DNA of 29,422 nt from a virus (Duplodnaviria > Caudoviricetes). Of the stretch, positions 1 through 8,103 are shown piece by piece. Both the position numbers and the translations under genes were made by a program. The notes under the pieces were generated by a model. The model saw only the letters and a list, made by a program, of their open reading frames with translations, ran no database searches and was not told the origin of the DNA. The stretch's first letter is position 1, and each line of letters starts with the position of its first letter. The DNA is taken from positions 1 through 29,422 of the IMG/VR virus record IMGVR_UViG_3300028587_000030; one strand, written 5' to 3'.

Positions 1-375
1 CTCTACCGCTCGCTCGCGCGCGTACCTCACGGTGGCCCACGTGCCCGAGCGGCGCGTCTCGGGGCCGGCCGGCATCGCGATCAGCAGCGACACGCTGTCC
101 ACGATGGCCCGGTCTCGCGCCAGGTACTCCAGCGGCTCGCTGTCCTTGTTGGCGAGCCGGCCGGCGCGGTGCTTGGCGTCGATCGGCGGATGGATGTGGA
201 TGCGGTAGCCGTAGGCTACGGCCACGTCGTGCGCCTCGCTGTCGGCGCCGATGCAGTCGCCGTGATGGAAGGTACGCCGGCGTGGTCGGTCCAACAGGCT
301 CCACAGCTTCAAGCTCTGCGCGTCGGTCATCCCGCGCCGCGTCCCGGTGAAGCCGATGTCCAGATTGGCCTCCAT
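1..375 (-). CDS. SLOG-superfamily (DprA/YspA-like) nucleotide-binding protein, 3' end outside window
   Basis: Not in the ORF track. Hand translation: MEANLDIGFTGTRRG...FHHGDCIGADSEAH...YLARDRAIVD...RSGTWATVRYA. GFTG-R, HG-x2-GAD and SGTWAT are SLOG motifs. SD GGAAGGAGAG upstream. Confidence 0.8.
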   Translation of the reverse strand, partial: MEANLDIGFTGTRRGMTDAQSLKLWSLLDRPRRRTFHHGDCIGADSEAHDVAVAYGYRIHIHPPIDAKHRAGRLANKDSEPLEYLARDRAIVDSVSLLIAMPAGPETRRSGTWATVRYARERAVE

Positions 376-377
376 GA

Positions 378-569
378 TCAACTCTCCTTCCGGCAATTAC
401 GGGCACAGCTGGCCGCGATGAGTTCCTGTTGGGTGGTGATCGTCCGGCGCCACTCCTCGGCGCGCGAGGCCGGCCGGCCGATCGAGACCAGCTGGATCGG
501 CGCTGGCGGGAGCGTGTAGTCCAGCCAGGCTAGCGACTCCTCGGCGTGCTGAGCGCAGAGCTTGGCCAT
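378..569 (-). CDS. hypothetical phage protein, 63 aa, Cys/His
   Basis: Start MAKLC after GGAAGTTGATC; stop coupled to the next gene via TGATCATG. Confidence 0.65.
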   Translation of the reverse strand: MAKLCAQHAEESLAWLDYTLPPAPIQLVSIGRPASRAEEWRRTITTQQELIAASCARNCRKES

Positions 570-571
570 GA

Positions 572-850
572 TCAACTTCCTTTCGTGCGGTAGAGGAGTG
601 GCGTGGCGTTGCCGGTGAGCAGAGCTAGCTCGCGCTCCCAGCGCTGGACGGCCGCGAGATCGGCCGCGTAGATGGCCTCGCCTCCGTCTCCGTAGTGCTC
701 AGGATCGGCCAGCGATCCGTAGCGTTCGATGTAGCCGGCCAGGGTGCGTCCGCACTGGTCCATCCAGGCTCGCTCCTCGGCCAGTCGCTCGCGCGCCTTG
801 GTGATCCGGCGCAGGCCGGCCTCAGTGCGCGGTGGCAGCTTCGTGGTCAT
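572..850 (-). CDS. hypothetical phage protein, 92 aa
   Basis: Start MTTKLPP overlaps the upstream stop (ATGA); GC-type codon usage. Confidence 0.7.
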   Translation of the reverse strand: MTTKLPPRTEAGLRRITKARERLAEERAWMDQCGRTLAGYIERYGSLADPEHYGDGGEAIYAADLAAVQRWERELALLTGNATPLLYRTKGS

Positions 851-1038
851 GAGGTAGTCACCGCCAGAATGGTCGCGGCGCACTCCTGGCCGGTGATGGA
901 GGAGCCGTCGATCCGCTCCTCCAGCCATTCAGCTACGTCCTGGCGGATCTCAGCCTTGCTCGGGTCCTCGCCCCGAAACCTGGCTGACTTCCAGTTGTCT
1001 AGGTCCACGTCCAGGGACACGGTGACTCGGACGATCAT
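847..1038 (-). CDS. hypothetical phage protein
   Basis: AGAAGGAAG SD followed by TGATCATG; tiles with neighbours. Confidence 0.7.
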   Translation of the reverse strand: MIVRVTVSLDVDLDNWKSARFRGEDPSKAEIRQDVAEWLEERIDGSSITGQECAATILAVTTS

Positions 1039-1067
1039 GATCAACTTCCTTCTGTGGTGTGGTGGGT

Positions 1068-1295
1068 TTACTGCTCGACGCCTACGACGCCGATATCTGT
1101 TGTGGTGAGGATGATGCTGTCCAGCCTGTCGCGCTCGATGACCCAGCCCGAGCCTGTCGTGCCGGCCGGTCGGTAGTAGACCGATCCGCGGCGTACCGCG
1201 GTGATCTCCATTAGGACCGGCCGAGCCGTCCCGGCCTTGGGTGAGCCGGTGATCTGCCTGGCGTGCGTGAAAGTCGCGCCCCGCTTGATCTCCAT
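1068..1295 (-). CDS. hypothetical phage protein (MEIKRGATF...)
   Basis: Internal start of track ORF 1068..1565 with AGGAAGTTGATCATG. Confidence 0.7.
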   Translation of the reverse strand: MEIKRGATFTHARQITGSPKAGTARPVLMEITAVRRGSVYYRPAGTTGSGWVIERDRLDSIILTTTDIGVVGVEQ

Positions 1296-1297
1296 GA

Positions 1298-1531
1298 TCA
1301 ACTTCCTAGCTGCTTGGCGATGTAGCCGGCGAGCGTGGTGATGTCCTCGGGCCAATCGCCGTTGTTCCGGTGCGGGAGATGGAGTCCCATCGCCGCGAAC
1401 CGCTTCGCGGCGTCTCGGTGCGTCATCACGACGGGCCAGCCGGCCTGGCGAAGATCGTACGCGATCGCGACCTCGGGCCGCGTCGTGGTGGCCGGGTCGA
1501 GGTCGGCCAGCATGCGCTCGATGTCGATCAT
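1298..1531 (-). CDS. hypothetical phage protein, 77 aa
   Basis: ATGA overlap with the upstream gene; tiles. Confidence 0.65.
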   Translation of the reverse strand: MIDIERMLADLDPATTTRPEVAIAYDLRQAGWPVVMTHRDAAKRFAAMGLHLPHRNNGDWPEDITTLAGYIAKQLGS

Positions 1532-1761
1532 GCTGCCAGCGCCATCTCATGCATCGCGGCCTCACGCTGAGCCTTGTAGCTGTGAGCCTTCAGGAAGTCC
1601 TTCAGCAGCGGCCGAGGGTACATCTCGGCGTACATCTTCTCCTCGGTCTCGTAGCCGTTGGCGTAGGCCTCGCGGCCGGCCAGCCAGACCTCACGCGCCG
1701 CGTAGTAGGCCTCCATGACCTGAGCCAGCCACCAGTTGAGGGGCCGCTTGCGCTTGATCAT
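1528..1761 (-). CDS. hypothetical phage protein (MIKRKRPL...)
   Basis: TGATG coupling with the upstream gene; strong codon bias. Confidence 0.7.
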   Translation of the reverse strand: MIKRKRPLNWWLAQVMEAYYAAREVWLAGREAYANGYETEEKMYAEMYPRPLLKDFLKAHSYKAQREAAMHEMALAA

Positions 1762-2021
1762 CACGCCTCGTACGCCGAGCACTCGGCCAGGACCAGCGAG
1801 GTCGCGACCTCAACGATGGACCACTCGACCAGTACGCCGGCCGGCGTCGCCTTGCCAAGCTCGCGCATGACGTGAGCCTCCAGGGCCGAGCGGCTGTTGC
1901 CCTGCTTGCTCAGCATGGCGTGAACGCGGCCGGCCGGCTGGGTCGTGGTGCGGATCGCCGCGAAGGTGTAGCGGCCGGAAACCTCGATCGGCTCCGCCTT
2001 GGTGGTGACTGTGGTGGTCAT
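1761..2021 (-). CDS. hypothetical phage protein, probably leaderless (MTTTVTTK...)
   Basis: No SD; a -35/-10 pair ends 6 nt before the ATG. Confidence 0.75.
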   Translation of the reverse strand: MTTTVTTKAEPIEVSGRYTFAAIRTTTQPAGRVHAMLSKQGNSRSALEAHVMRELGKATPAGVLVEWSIVEVATSLVLAECSAYEA

Positions 2022-2114
2022 GAGAAAAGCCTGTCGTAGGTCTAGGCCAGGGTCAAAGAATCCGGCTGAATTTTTGGTGGAATGGGCCGAAGTCTCAAGT
2101 TGTGGTTGAGACTT
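2022..2114 (-). promoter_or_regulatory. leaderless promoter P1 with upstream dyad operator
   Basis: Minus strand TTGACC-17-CAGGCT-6-ATG. Perfect dyad AAGTCTCAA-N7-TTGAGACTT at 2090-2114, 33 nt from the -35. Confidence 0.75.
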
Positions 2115-2519
2115 TCAGGACGACTCGTCAGCGCGCTTGCAGCTACCGCACATCAGCCGGCCACCGGGCAACTTGCGCCAGCGCGCGCGTCGCTTGCCGA
2201 TGGTCGAGTTGCACGACCAGTCAGCGCTCCGGTAGCCGTCGCACCATCCGCTGTCGCGCACGTATCGCGTGACTGGCTCGACAGGCTCGTCCTCCTCGAC
2301 CGTCAGGGAGAAGCGCCGGCCGTAGATCGTGAGCATGACGGTAGCTCCGCCCATCTCAGCCTCGCTGAGGCCAGTGGTCACGAGATCGGCCGCGGTGAGC
2401 GCGTCACGCTGGTCCTCGGGCTCGCGCTCGTCCGCGTGGAAGTCGTACGAGAGCGCCGTGAGCGGCGCAAGCTGGAAGAGGATCGCCAGGGCTACGTCCT
2501 CGACGCTCGGCGCGCTCAT
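2115..2519 (-). CDS. hypothetical protein with C-terminal Zn-ribbon-like Cys cluster (MSAPSVEDV...)
   Basis: ATGA overlap; WCDG...SC...MCGSC. Confidence 0.65.
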   Translation of the reverse strand: MSAPSVEDVALAILFQLAPLTALSYDFHADEREPEDQRDALTAADLVTTGLSEAEMGGATVMLTIYGRRFSLTVEEDEPVEPVTRYVRDSGWCDGYRSADWSCNSTIGKRRARWRKLPGGRLMCGSCKRADESS

Positions 2520-2728
2520 GGCCGGCCTCCGCACTTGCGCCGGTGCGAGGCTACGGCGATGCCCGAGAGCCAGTAGCGCTTGCCGCACGAGTCGCACTGG
2601 ACGCGGTACGGGTAGCCGGTGCGGTGCGCGCTGCCAGGTCGCGCTTTCCACTCGGCGCACTCCTCGGGCGTCGGGTGAACGTACGTGTAGCCTCCGCGGC
2701 TCATGCCTGGCCGCATCATCACATCCAC
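2516..2728 (-). CDS. small Zn-finger protein
   Basis: CDSCGKRY...HRRKC, a C2HC/C2H2-like finger; start uncertain (2728 or 2719). Confidence 0.6.
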   Translation of the reverse strand: MDVMMRPGMSRGGYTYVHPTPEECAEWKARPGSAHRTGYPYRVQCDSCGKRYWLSGIAVASHRRKCGGRP

Positions 2729-3051
2729 CGCATCTCAAGGCAGATCCGCTCGGCCGCGCGCTCGTCCCAGGCCTGCTGGTCTTGGTTGCTCATCGCGCGG
2801 TAGGCCGGCCGTAGCGCGACCTGATGGCCGATGTGCTCGGCCACGACGGTATGCAAGTGGTCCGGCGTCATCGCCAGGCCGAGCGCGTCCGCGGCGTCGC
2901 AGAGGCCGAGGAAGCGAGCACGAGCGACCTTGCGGTTCACGGTGGGCCGGCCTCCGCTGGTGAGGTCAGCTTGGACGTAGGCCAGGTATTTGGTGACGAT
3001 GCGGCGCGCGAAGGCCAGCTTGTGGGCGTTGGTGACGGTGGTGAGTTCCAT
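2719..3051 (-). CDS. hypothetical phage protein (MELTTVTN...)
   Basis: AAGGAAGATGATCATG start context. Confidence 0.7.
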   Translation of the reverse strand: MELTTVTNAHKLAFARRIVTKYLAYVQADLTSGGRPTVNRKVARARFLGLCDAADALGLAMTPDHLHTVVAEHIGHQVALRPAYRAMSNQDQQAWDERAAERICLEMRWM

Positions 3052-3077
3052 GATCATCTTCCTTGTGGTGGTGGGGG

Positions 3078-3113
3078 CCGAGCGGCCGGCCGGGATGGTG
3101 GCCGGCCGCTCGG
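3078..3113. terminator. 14-bp perfect GC hairpin (terminator or processing site)
   Basis: CCGAGCGGCCGGCC-8 nt-GGCCGGCCGCTCGG just after the stop at 3119; no U-tract. Confidence 0.5.
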
Positions 3114-3118
3114 TGGTC

Positions 3119-3592
3119 TCAGCGGTAGAGCGAGCGCGCCATCGTGATCGCGCCCGACAGCTGGTTGATCAACGCCAGCATGCCGGCGTGATCGTTGGTG
3201 GCGTGGCCTCCCATGTGGTCCGCACTGTGGCCGGCGCGGCCGGGATGCGGGAGGAAGACCATCCAGTAACGGTCATCGAAGCCAGGACCGACGTTGCCGA
3301 TGTAGCCGTAGCTCACGCGGTTGGTGTAGTCGGTCGGGTCCAGCTTCATGGCCTCGTTGAGCGAGCGGACCAGTGACTCGATCCGCTTGTAGAGCTTGGC
3401 GGTCTTCTCGGCCGTCTCCATCGCGTCCGCGGCCGTCTCGTAGGCCTCGGCCAGGGTGTCGGCCACGTAGCGCTTGCCGATGAGAGCGCCGGTCAGGACG
3501 ACGGCCACGAAACGGCCGTTCTCCAGGCGATCGACGGACACGGCCGGCACGATCTCGGTGGTGGTGGTCTGGGTGGTCTCTGTGGTGGTCAT
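3119..3592 (-). CDS. hypothetical phage protein, probably leaderless (MTTTETTQ...)
   Basis: Start reassigned from 3670 to the ATG 6 nt after the promoter -10. Confidence 0.75.
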   Translation of the reverse strand: MTTTETTQTTTTEIVPAVSVDRLENGRFVAVVLTGALIGKRYVADTLAEAYETAADAMETAEKTAKLYKRIESLVRSLNEAMKLDPTDYTNRVSYGYIGNVGPGFDDRYWMVFLPHPGRAGHSADHMGGHATNDHAGMLALINQLSGAITMARSLYR

Positions 3593-3686
3593 GGGTCTAT
3601 CTTGTCCTCGCTGTAGTTCGGCGGTCAAAGACTTGGGCCAGAAATCTTCCGAAACTGGCCCAAGTCTCAACCTCGGGTTGAGAGTT
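3593..3686 (-). promoter_or_regulatory. leaderless promoter P2 with upstream dyad operator
   Basis: TTGACC-18-CAAGAT-6-ATG. Dyad AAGTCTCAA-N7-TTGAGAGTT at 3662-3686, 33 nt from the -35. Extra 13-bp inverted repeat at 3629-3667. Confidence 0.75.
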
Positions 3687-3687
3687 C

Positions 3688-4047
3688 CTACGGCCGGCGA
3701 GCCATCCAGCCGGCCATCGTCCGCGCGACTTGCTCACGGCATCCGCAGTCGGGGTCGTGGTGGCCTAGCTCGTCCTCAGCGTGGCCTACGCCATCGTCAG
3801 GGATGGACCGGTGCGCCGGCCGCGCGTACGTGAAGGCATCGCGACCGGCGTAACCGATCTCCTGCCAGGCCGGATCGGGCTCGATCTCGGCGTGGTCCTG
3901 CTCCCAGGCCTCGCTGTAGTCGCCTTGGCCCTCGTCCGCGGCGGAGCACCAGTAGTTGAGGCCGTGGTCGGGGTAAGCGCAGTAGCTCATGTGGCCGGCC
4001 GGCTCGCCATCGGATCGCCAGAGGTAGCGAGTGGTGCGTGTAGCCAT
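3688..4047 (-). CDS. hypothetical phage protein (MATRTTRYLW...)
   Basis: GAGGAGATCTGATCATG start context; HHDPDCGC motif. Confidence 0.7.
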   Translation of the reverse strand: MATRTTRYLWRSDGEPAGHMSYCAYPDHGLNYWCSAADEGQGDYSEAWEQDHAEIEPDPAWQEIGYAGRDAFTYARPAHRSIPDDGVGHAEDELGHHDPDCGCREQVARTMAGWMARRP

Positions 4048-4049
4048 GA

Positions 4050-4190
4050 TCAGATCTCCTCGGTGGTGGTGAGTGTGTTGGTGGTGTGCAGGACGAGGTA
4101 GGTCGCGACGGCCGGGTCGAAGCCGGCTGCCACGAGGTACGTGGCGGAGGCCAGGCAGTCGATGGACAGGACGAGCGGGATGGCGCGCAT
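4050..4190 (-). CDS. small hydrophobic protein, 46 aa (MRAIPLVLSIDCLASATYLVAAGFDPAVATYLVLHTTNTLTTTEEI)
   Basis: Below the ORF-track cutoff; GAGGAG SD; coupled on both sides. Confidence 0.6.
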   Translation of the reverse strand: MRAIPLVLSIDCLASATYLVAAGFDPAVATYLVLHTTNTLTTTEEI

Positions 4191-4192
4191 GA

Positions 4193-4522
4193 TCAGATCT
4201 CCTCAGTGATCGTGGTGGTGATCGTGGTGGTGGTGGTGGTCTTGGTGACCGTCGTGCGGCGGATGCGGTGCGCCTTGTCCGAGCCGGCCTTGCAGTTGCA
4301 GTACGCGTGCGCCCAGCCGAGGTAGCCGGTGCGATCGTCGTTGTGGTCGTAGTGGATGCCCTTGGTGGACTCGATCTTCTCGCCACAGCGGGTGCAGTCC
4401 GAGCCGACCGCCCAGACCAGAGCGGCCTTGCGAGCCTTCTGGTGCTCCCAGCCATAGCCGCGAGCGGTGGTGCTGCTCTTGGTGGTGGTCTTGGTGGTGG
4501 TCTTCGTGACTGTGGTGGTCAT
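4193..4522 (-). CDS. HNH endonuclease (actinophage type) with Thr-rich termini
   Basis: ARGYGWEHQKAR, CTRCG, HYDH, AHAYCN motifs. Confidence 0.75.
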   Translation of the reverse strand: MTTTVTKTTTKTTTKSSTTARGYGWEHQKARKAALVWAVGSDCTRCGEKIESTKGIHYDHNDDRTGYLGWAHAYCNCKAGSDKAHRIRRTTVTKTTTTTTITTTITEEI

Positions 4523-4617
4523 GGAAGAAAGCTTTGCGCTACACGCTGGCCTGCGTCAAAGCTTTCGCTCGATCTCATCCGAAATTTCGCCAAAGTCTCA
4601 ACCACAGGTTGAGAGTT
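4523..4617 (-). promoter_or_regulatory. leaderless promoter P3 with upstream dyad operator
   Basis: TTGACG -35, weak -10 (about AAAGCT), then ATG. Dyad AAGTCTCAA-N7-TTGAGAGTT at 4593-4617, 33 nt from the -35. Confidence 0.7.
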
Positions 4618-4625
4618 GCTACTGG

Positions 4626-4673
4626 GGAGGCCGGCCGCTCCATGCTCGGGTAGGACGGGTCCGGCCGGCCTCC
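4626..4673 (-). terminator. hairpin after dnaB
   Basis: GGAGGCCGGCCG...CGGCCGGCCTCC 12-bp stem directly after the dnaB stop. Confidence 0.45.
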
Positions 4674-4677
4674 GGTC

Positions 4678-6030
4678 TCAGTAGTCGGCCAGGCGAGCGT
4701 AGTGCCCGACCTTCTGGAGCGTGACCACGCCAGTCGGTCCGTTCCGCTGCTTCGCCACGATCGCGTCTAGCTGGTCGGTCTCGACCAGCCGACCGCGGTG
4801 ATCCTCCTCCATCTGCTGGTGAAGCAGGAGAGCTACGTCGCAGTCCTGCTCGATGTCGCCGGCCTCGCGGAAGTCCGACATTAGCGGTAGGCCTCCCGCG
4901 CGCGTCTCGGGTCCGCGGTTCAATTGCGAGCAAATGATCACCGGGCAGTCGAACTCGCCGGCCATGATCTTGAGGCCGCGCGACAACTCACCAACCTCCT
5001 GCTGTCGGGTCCGATCTCGGCCGCGCGTCTGGGTGGTGATCAATTGGAGGTAATCGATCACGATGCCGCCGAGCGTCTGGCCGTTCTGCCGAGCGAGCCG
5101 GGATGACTCAACGGCCGCGGCGCGGATCGAGTCCAGCGTCTGGCGCTTGTCGTCCACGTAATCGATCGGTAGCGACTGGATCAGCGGATACGCCTTGTGG
5201 ATCTCGGCCCAATCCTGCTCGGTGAGCCACCCTCCGCCGCGGCGAAGGCTGGTCAGTTGAACCTTGGCCGTCCAGGCCATCGTCCGTTGCAGGATCTCGA
5301 CCTGGCGCATCTCCAGTGAGCAGAAGAGAACGCGCCGGCCGCGGAGAGCCAGGTTGGTCGCGGCGTTCTCGGCCATGATCGACTTGCCGACGCCAGGGCG
5401 CGCACCGATCGCGATCAGCGCGCCGGGATACCAACCGCCGATGATGTCGTTCAGGTCCTTCCAGGGCGTCGCGCTCGCGGCCTTCTCGCCGTACTGCGCG
5501 ATGTCCATCAGTTGCTCCAGGCCATGATCAACCGCGGTGATCGCCGGCTTGCGCGTGGTGGTGATCTCCTCGCTCCACTGGCGCACGAGATCGACCTGGC
5601 GCGTCGGGTCAAGATCAAGATCGGTCTCGACCTGGCGGAGCTTTCGGCCGAAGTCGCCTACGTCCCTACGGATGCGTAGCTCCCGCATCTGGCCGGCCAG
5701 GAACAGCGGGTCGTCGCTCGGTAGCCACTCGGCCATCAGCTTGTGCAGGTAGGGCGCTCCGCCGATCCTGTCGGCCTCGGCGCCGAGCTTGGCGTAGACC
5801 GCTAGCGGGGAGACCTTCTGGCCGTCTTGGTCGACCTCGGCCGCGGCGTGGAAGATGATCGCGTGGCGAGGATCAGCGAAGTCCTCCAGATCGATCTCCC
5901 GTTGGATGCGCGAGATCGCGTGGTGCTGCTGGCCGGCCAGTAGCGACCCGAGCAACGCGGCCTCGTAGCTCACGTCCGAGGCCGGCGCGACGTACTCGCT
6001 GTAATCGCCGGGATGTAGCTCGATCACCAT
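4678..6030 (-). CDS. dnaB: replicative DNA helicase, DnaB family
   Basis: EAALLGSLL N-domain, GARPGVGKS Walker A, SLEM, IDYLQL, SQLNR, DFREAGDIEQD, KQRNGPTG. Confidence 0.97.
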   Translation of the reverse strand: MVIELHPGDYSEYVAPASDVSYEAALLGSLLAGQQHHAISRIQREIDLEDFADPRHAIIFHAAAEVDQDGQKVSPLAVYAKLGAEADRIGGAPYLHKLMAEWLPSDDPLFLAGQMRELRIRRDVGDFGRKLRQVETDLDLDPTRQVDLVRQWSEEITTTRKPAITAVDHGLEQLMDIAQYGEKAASATPWKDLNDIIGGWYPGALIAIGARPGVGKSIMAENAATNLALRGRRVLFCSLEMRQVEILQRTMAWTAKVQLTSLRRGGGWLTEQDWAEIHKAYPLIQSLPIDYVDDKRQTLDSIRAAAVESSRLARQNGQTLGGIVIDYLQLITTQTRGRDRTRQQEVGELSRGLKIMAGEFDCPVIICSQLNRGPETRAGGLPLMSDFREAGDIEQDCDVALLLHQQMEEDHRGRLVETDQLDAIVAKQRNGPTGVVTLQKVGHYARLADY

Positions 6031-6797
6031 GACAACTCCTCCCGTCGAGGAGCCTCGCGGTGCACGTCGTAGGCCGGTACTGCCTGGACAGGCCGAAGTT
6101 GCTTGACCTTCTCGGCCTCAGCGATGGCCTTGAGCCGTAGGTGGTCGTACTGCTTGCGGAGCTTGGGCATCGACAGGATGTTGGCCGACCAGAAGGGATC
6201 GTCCTGGCACCAATCGATGCAGCGGTGGACCGCGGCCACCTCGCGGCCGTCCGTGTCGATCATGAGCCTGGCCTGTCTCCGCCATTCCTTGGTGATCGTC
6301 GGCCGCTTGGACCCGTTGCCGGCGATCCGATCCGCGAGGTGAGCACAGACGGCCTCGACATCGGGGCGAAGCTCCTCCTCGCTCGTCTGGCCCGTAGGGC
6401 TGGACAAGAGAGTTTCTTGGTCTTCTAAAGAATTAGTCTTCTTAGATGGTGGATTTTCAGTCGGTCTGTTTTCTGGGCGACTGAAAATCCGTTCCTCAGA
6501 AGGCTCATCGGGATCGGTCAGGACGTAGTGCGAGCCGCGGAGCTTCCCGTCGATCCGCTCGCGCTCCAGCGCCAGGTAGCCATGATCAACTAGCTCTCGG
6601 AGCGCGACCTTGACCGCATCGCGTCCCTCGGTGCCGTTCTCGATCAAGGCCTCCAGGGTGATCACCCAGTCAGGCGAGTGCGTCATGATCTCGGCCAGCA
6701 GGCCGCGTGCCCGATGGCTCAGCCGGCCATCACGCATCCAGTGGTTGGGGATCTGTACGTAGTCACGCTCAAACTTGAGCCGCGCGCGCCGGATCAT
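6024..6797 (-). CDS. phage replication initiator (N-terminal winged helix, lambda O/DnaD-like layout)
   Basis: YVQIPN...LSHRARGLL...GRDAVKVALRELVDHGYL HTH; ENRPTENP linker; C-terminal DDPFWSANILSMPKLRKQYD; directly upstream of dnaB. Confidence 0.8.
   Translation of the reverse strand: MIRRARLKFERDYVQIPNHWMRDGRLSHRARGLLAEIMTHSPDWVITLEALIENGTEGRDAVKVALRELVDHGYLALERERIDGKLRGSHYVLTDPDEPSEERIFSRPENRPTENPPSKKTNSLEDQETLLSSPTGQTSEEELRPDVEAVCAHLADRIAGNGSKRPTITKEWRRQARLMIDTDGREVAAVHRCIDWCQDDPFWSANILSMPKLRKQYDHLRLKAIAEAEKVKQLRPVQAVPAYDVHREAPRREELSW
6411..6490. other. putative replication origin inside the initiator gene
   Basis: 13-bp perfect inverted repeat GGATTTTCAGTCG (6451-6463) / CGACTGAAAATCC (6478-6490) beside an AT-rich TCTTCT-repeat tract. 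Confidence 0.55.
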
Positions 6798-6985
6798 GCC
6801 GCGGCCAGCCTCTCGGCATCGAGCGAGCAACACGGACGGACCTCAACGAAGTGCGTACGCCGGTAGCACGAGCAGCACAACTGGCGCTCGTGCGAGGAGC
6901 AGCAGGGAAGATGATCAGCCGTGGAGTCGCAGCGCTGACACGCCCGAACTTCTTTGTCTGACACGGATGTGGGCGGATGTGCCAC
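6794..6985 (-). CDS. small Cys-rich (Zn-binding) protein
   Basis: CQRC...CCSSH...CCSC...H...CC; GAAAGG SD; ATGA overlap. Confidence 0.55.
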   Translation of the reverse strand: MAHPPTSVSDKEVRACQRCDSTADHLPCCSSHERQLCCSCYRRTHFVEVRPCCSLDAERLAAA

Positions 6986-7047
6986 AATAGGACCAGCCTT
7001 TCGTCGTGTCGCCAGCCGTTCACAGAGGACTTAGCGACGAGTGGTGA

Positions 7048-7111
7048 GAACCCTCCCGGTCTCGTCAACCGCGGAGGGTTCGATTATCTCCAGGCCGGGA
7101 CCGCTCGTCCA
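7048..7111 (-). promoter_or_regulatory. putative promoter and 5' hairpin for the replication genes
   Basis: TGGACG-17-GATAAT followed by stem GAACCCTCC...GGAGGGTTC. Confidence 0.4.
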
Positions 7112-7180
7112 GGCGTGACGTGAATCACCTAGTCATCCCGCGAGTCGCGATCCCGGCCGGCCGGCCTTCTGCCTTTCCAG

Positions 7181-7636
7181 CTACAACGTCGGCTCCATCG
7201 GCCTCACGTAGACCTCGACCCGAGGGGCCGTCCCGTACCGCTTGAAGAGGTGCCAGTCCACGATCCTGCTGTCATCGCGGAGCACGCCGGCTTGCGTCAG
7301 GACATCCCCGATCGCGCGGCCGAGCTTGTCGCCGTCTGGCTTGACGCTCGGCCACTTGGGCGCGCTCGCCTTGACCACGCCGGCGTTCCGGCCGGTGCCG
7401 AAGTGCCCTTTCGGCCTAGGGAAGTAGCACCAGGCCGTAACCTCCACGGCCTCATCGATCGGCTTCCAACCGAGGAATTGGCCCATCGCCTCACGCGCCG
7501 CGAAGATCGCGAGCGCGCGCCAGGGCTTCAAGTTGTCGTTGTCCTCGATCATGATCAACTTGCCGGTCTTGCGGTTCTTGCCTGGCCTCTTTGAACCTTG
7601 CGGCTGTGGGAGGCCAGGCACCGTGAAGTTGATCAT
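7181..7636 (-). CDS. rusA: RusA-family Holliday junction resolvase
   Basis: FTVPGLPQPQGSK, KPDGDKL...D...LRDDSRIV catalytic motifs. Confidence 0.92.
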   Translation of the reverse strand: MINFTVPGLPQPQGSKRPGKNRKTGKLIMIEDNDNLKPWRALAIFAAREAMGQFLGWKPIDEAVEVTAWCYFPRPKGHFGTGRNAGVVKASAPKWPSVKPDGDKLGRAIGDVLTQAGVLRDDSRIVDWHLFKRYGTAPRVEVYVRPMEPTL

Positions 7637-8103
7637 CAGAAGGGTGGTTCCTCGTACGGCGCGCTGCTGGCCCACGGATCGTCGCTCACGGCCTGACGGC
7701 TACTCTCGCGCCGGCTCTCGCCTCCAGCGCTGCTCTGTGGGTTGCGCGCGCCGCGGGTGAAGCGAGACGACCCGAACCGTACCGAGTGGCCGATCTCATC
7801 CACGTCCAGGCAATTACTCGACCGCTGACCGCCATCCCTAGCCTCGTAGGTCTGCACCGTGAAGCGGCCGTGCACGATGACACGCTGGCCCTTCTCAAAC
7901 GACTCCGCGATGTTCTCTGCCATATCGCGCCACGCTGTGCACCTAAGAAACAAGGGCTCTCCATCGACCCACTCCTCGCCTTGCTTCTTGCGTGGAGTGC
8001 TTGCCACGGTGAAGTTCACTACCGGCGATCCGCTCGGCGTGAAGCGCAATTCAGGGTCGGCCGTCAGGTTGCCCACCACGGTCATGATCGGTTCGTTGCT
8101 CAC
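7636..8103 (-). CDS. ssb: single-stranded DNA-binding protein
   Basis: VVGNLTADPELRFTPSG...; acidic EEPPF tail; actinobacterial SSB type. Confidence 0.96.
   Translation of the reverse strand: MSNEPIMTVVGNLTADPELRFTPSGSPVVNFTVASTPRKKQGEEWVDGEPLFLRCTAWRDMAENIAESFEKGQRVIVHGRFTVQTYEARDGGQRSSNCLDVDEIGHSVRFGSSRFTRGARNPQSSAGGESRRESSRQAVSDDPWASSAPYEEPPF

Noticed and set aside
2090-4617. 9-7-9 dyads as tyrosine-recombinase or cassette recombination sites
   Set aside because: The 7-nt spacers differ between copies, no recombinase is in the window, and the fixed distance to a -35 box fits an operator better.
2090-4617. Dyad repeats as a CRISPR array
   Set aside because: Copies are 0.9-1.6 kb apart and separated by genes; no cas genes.
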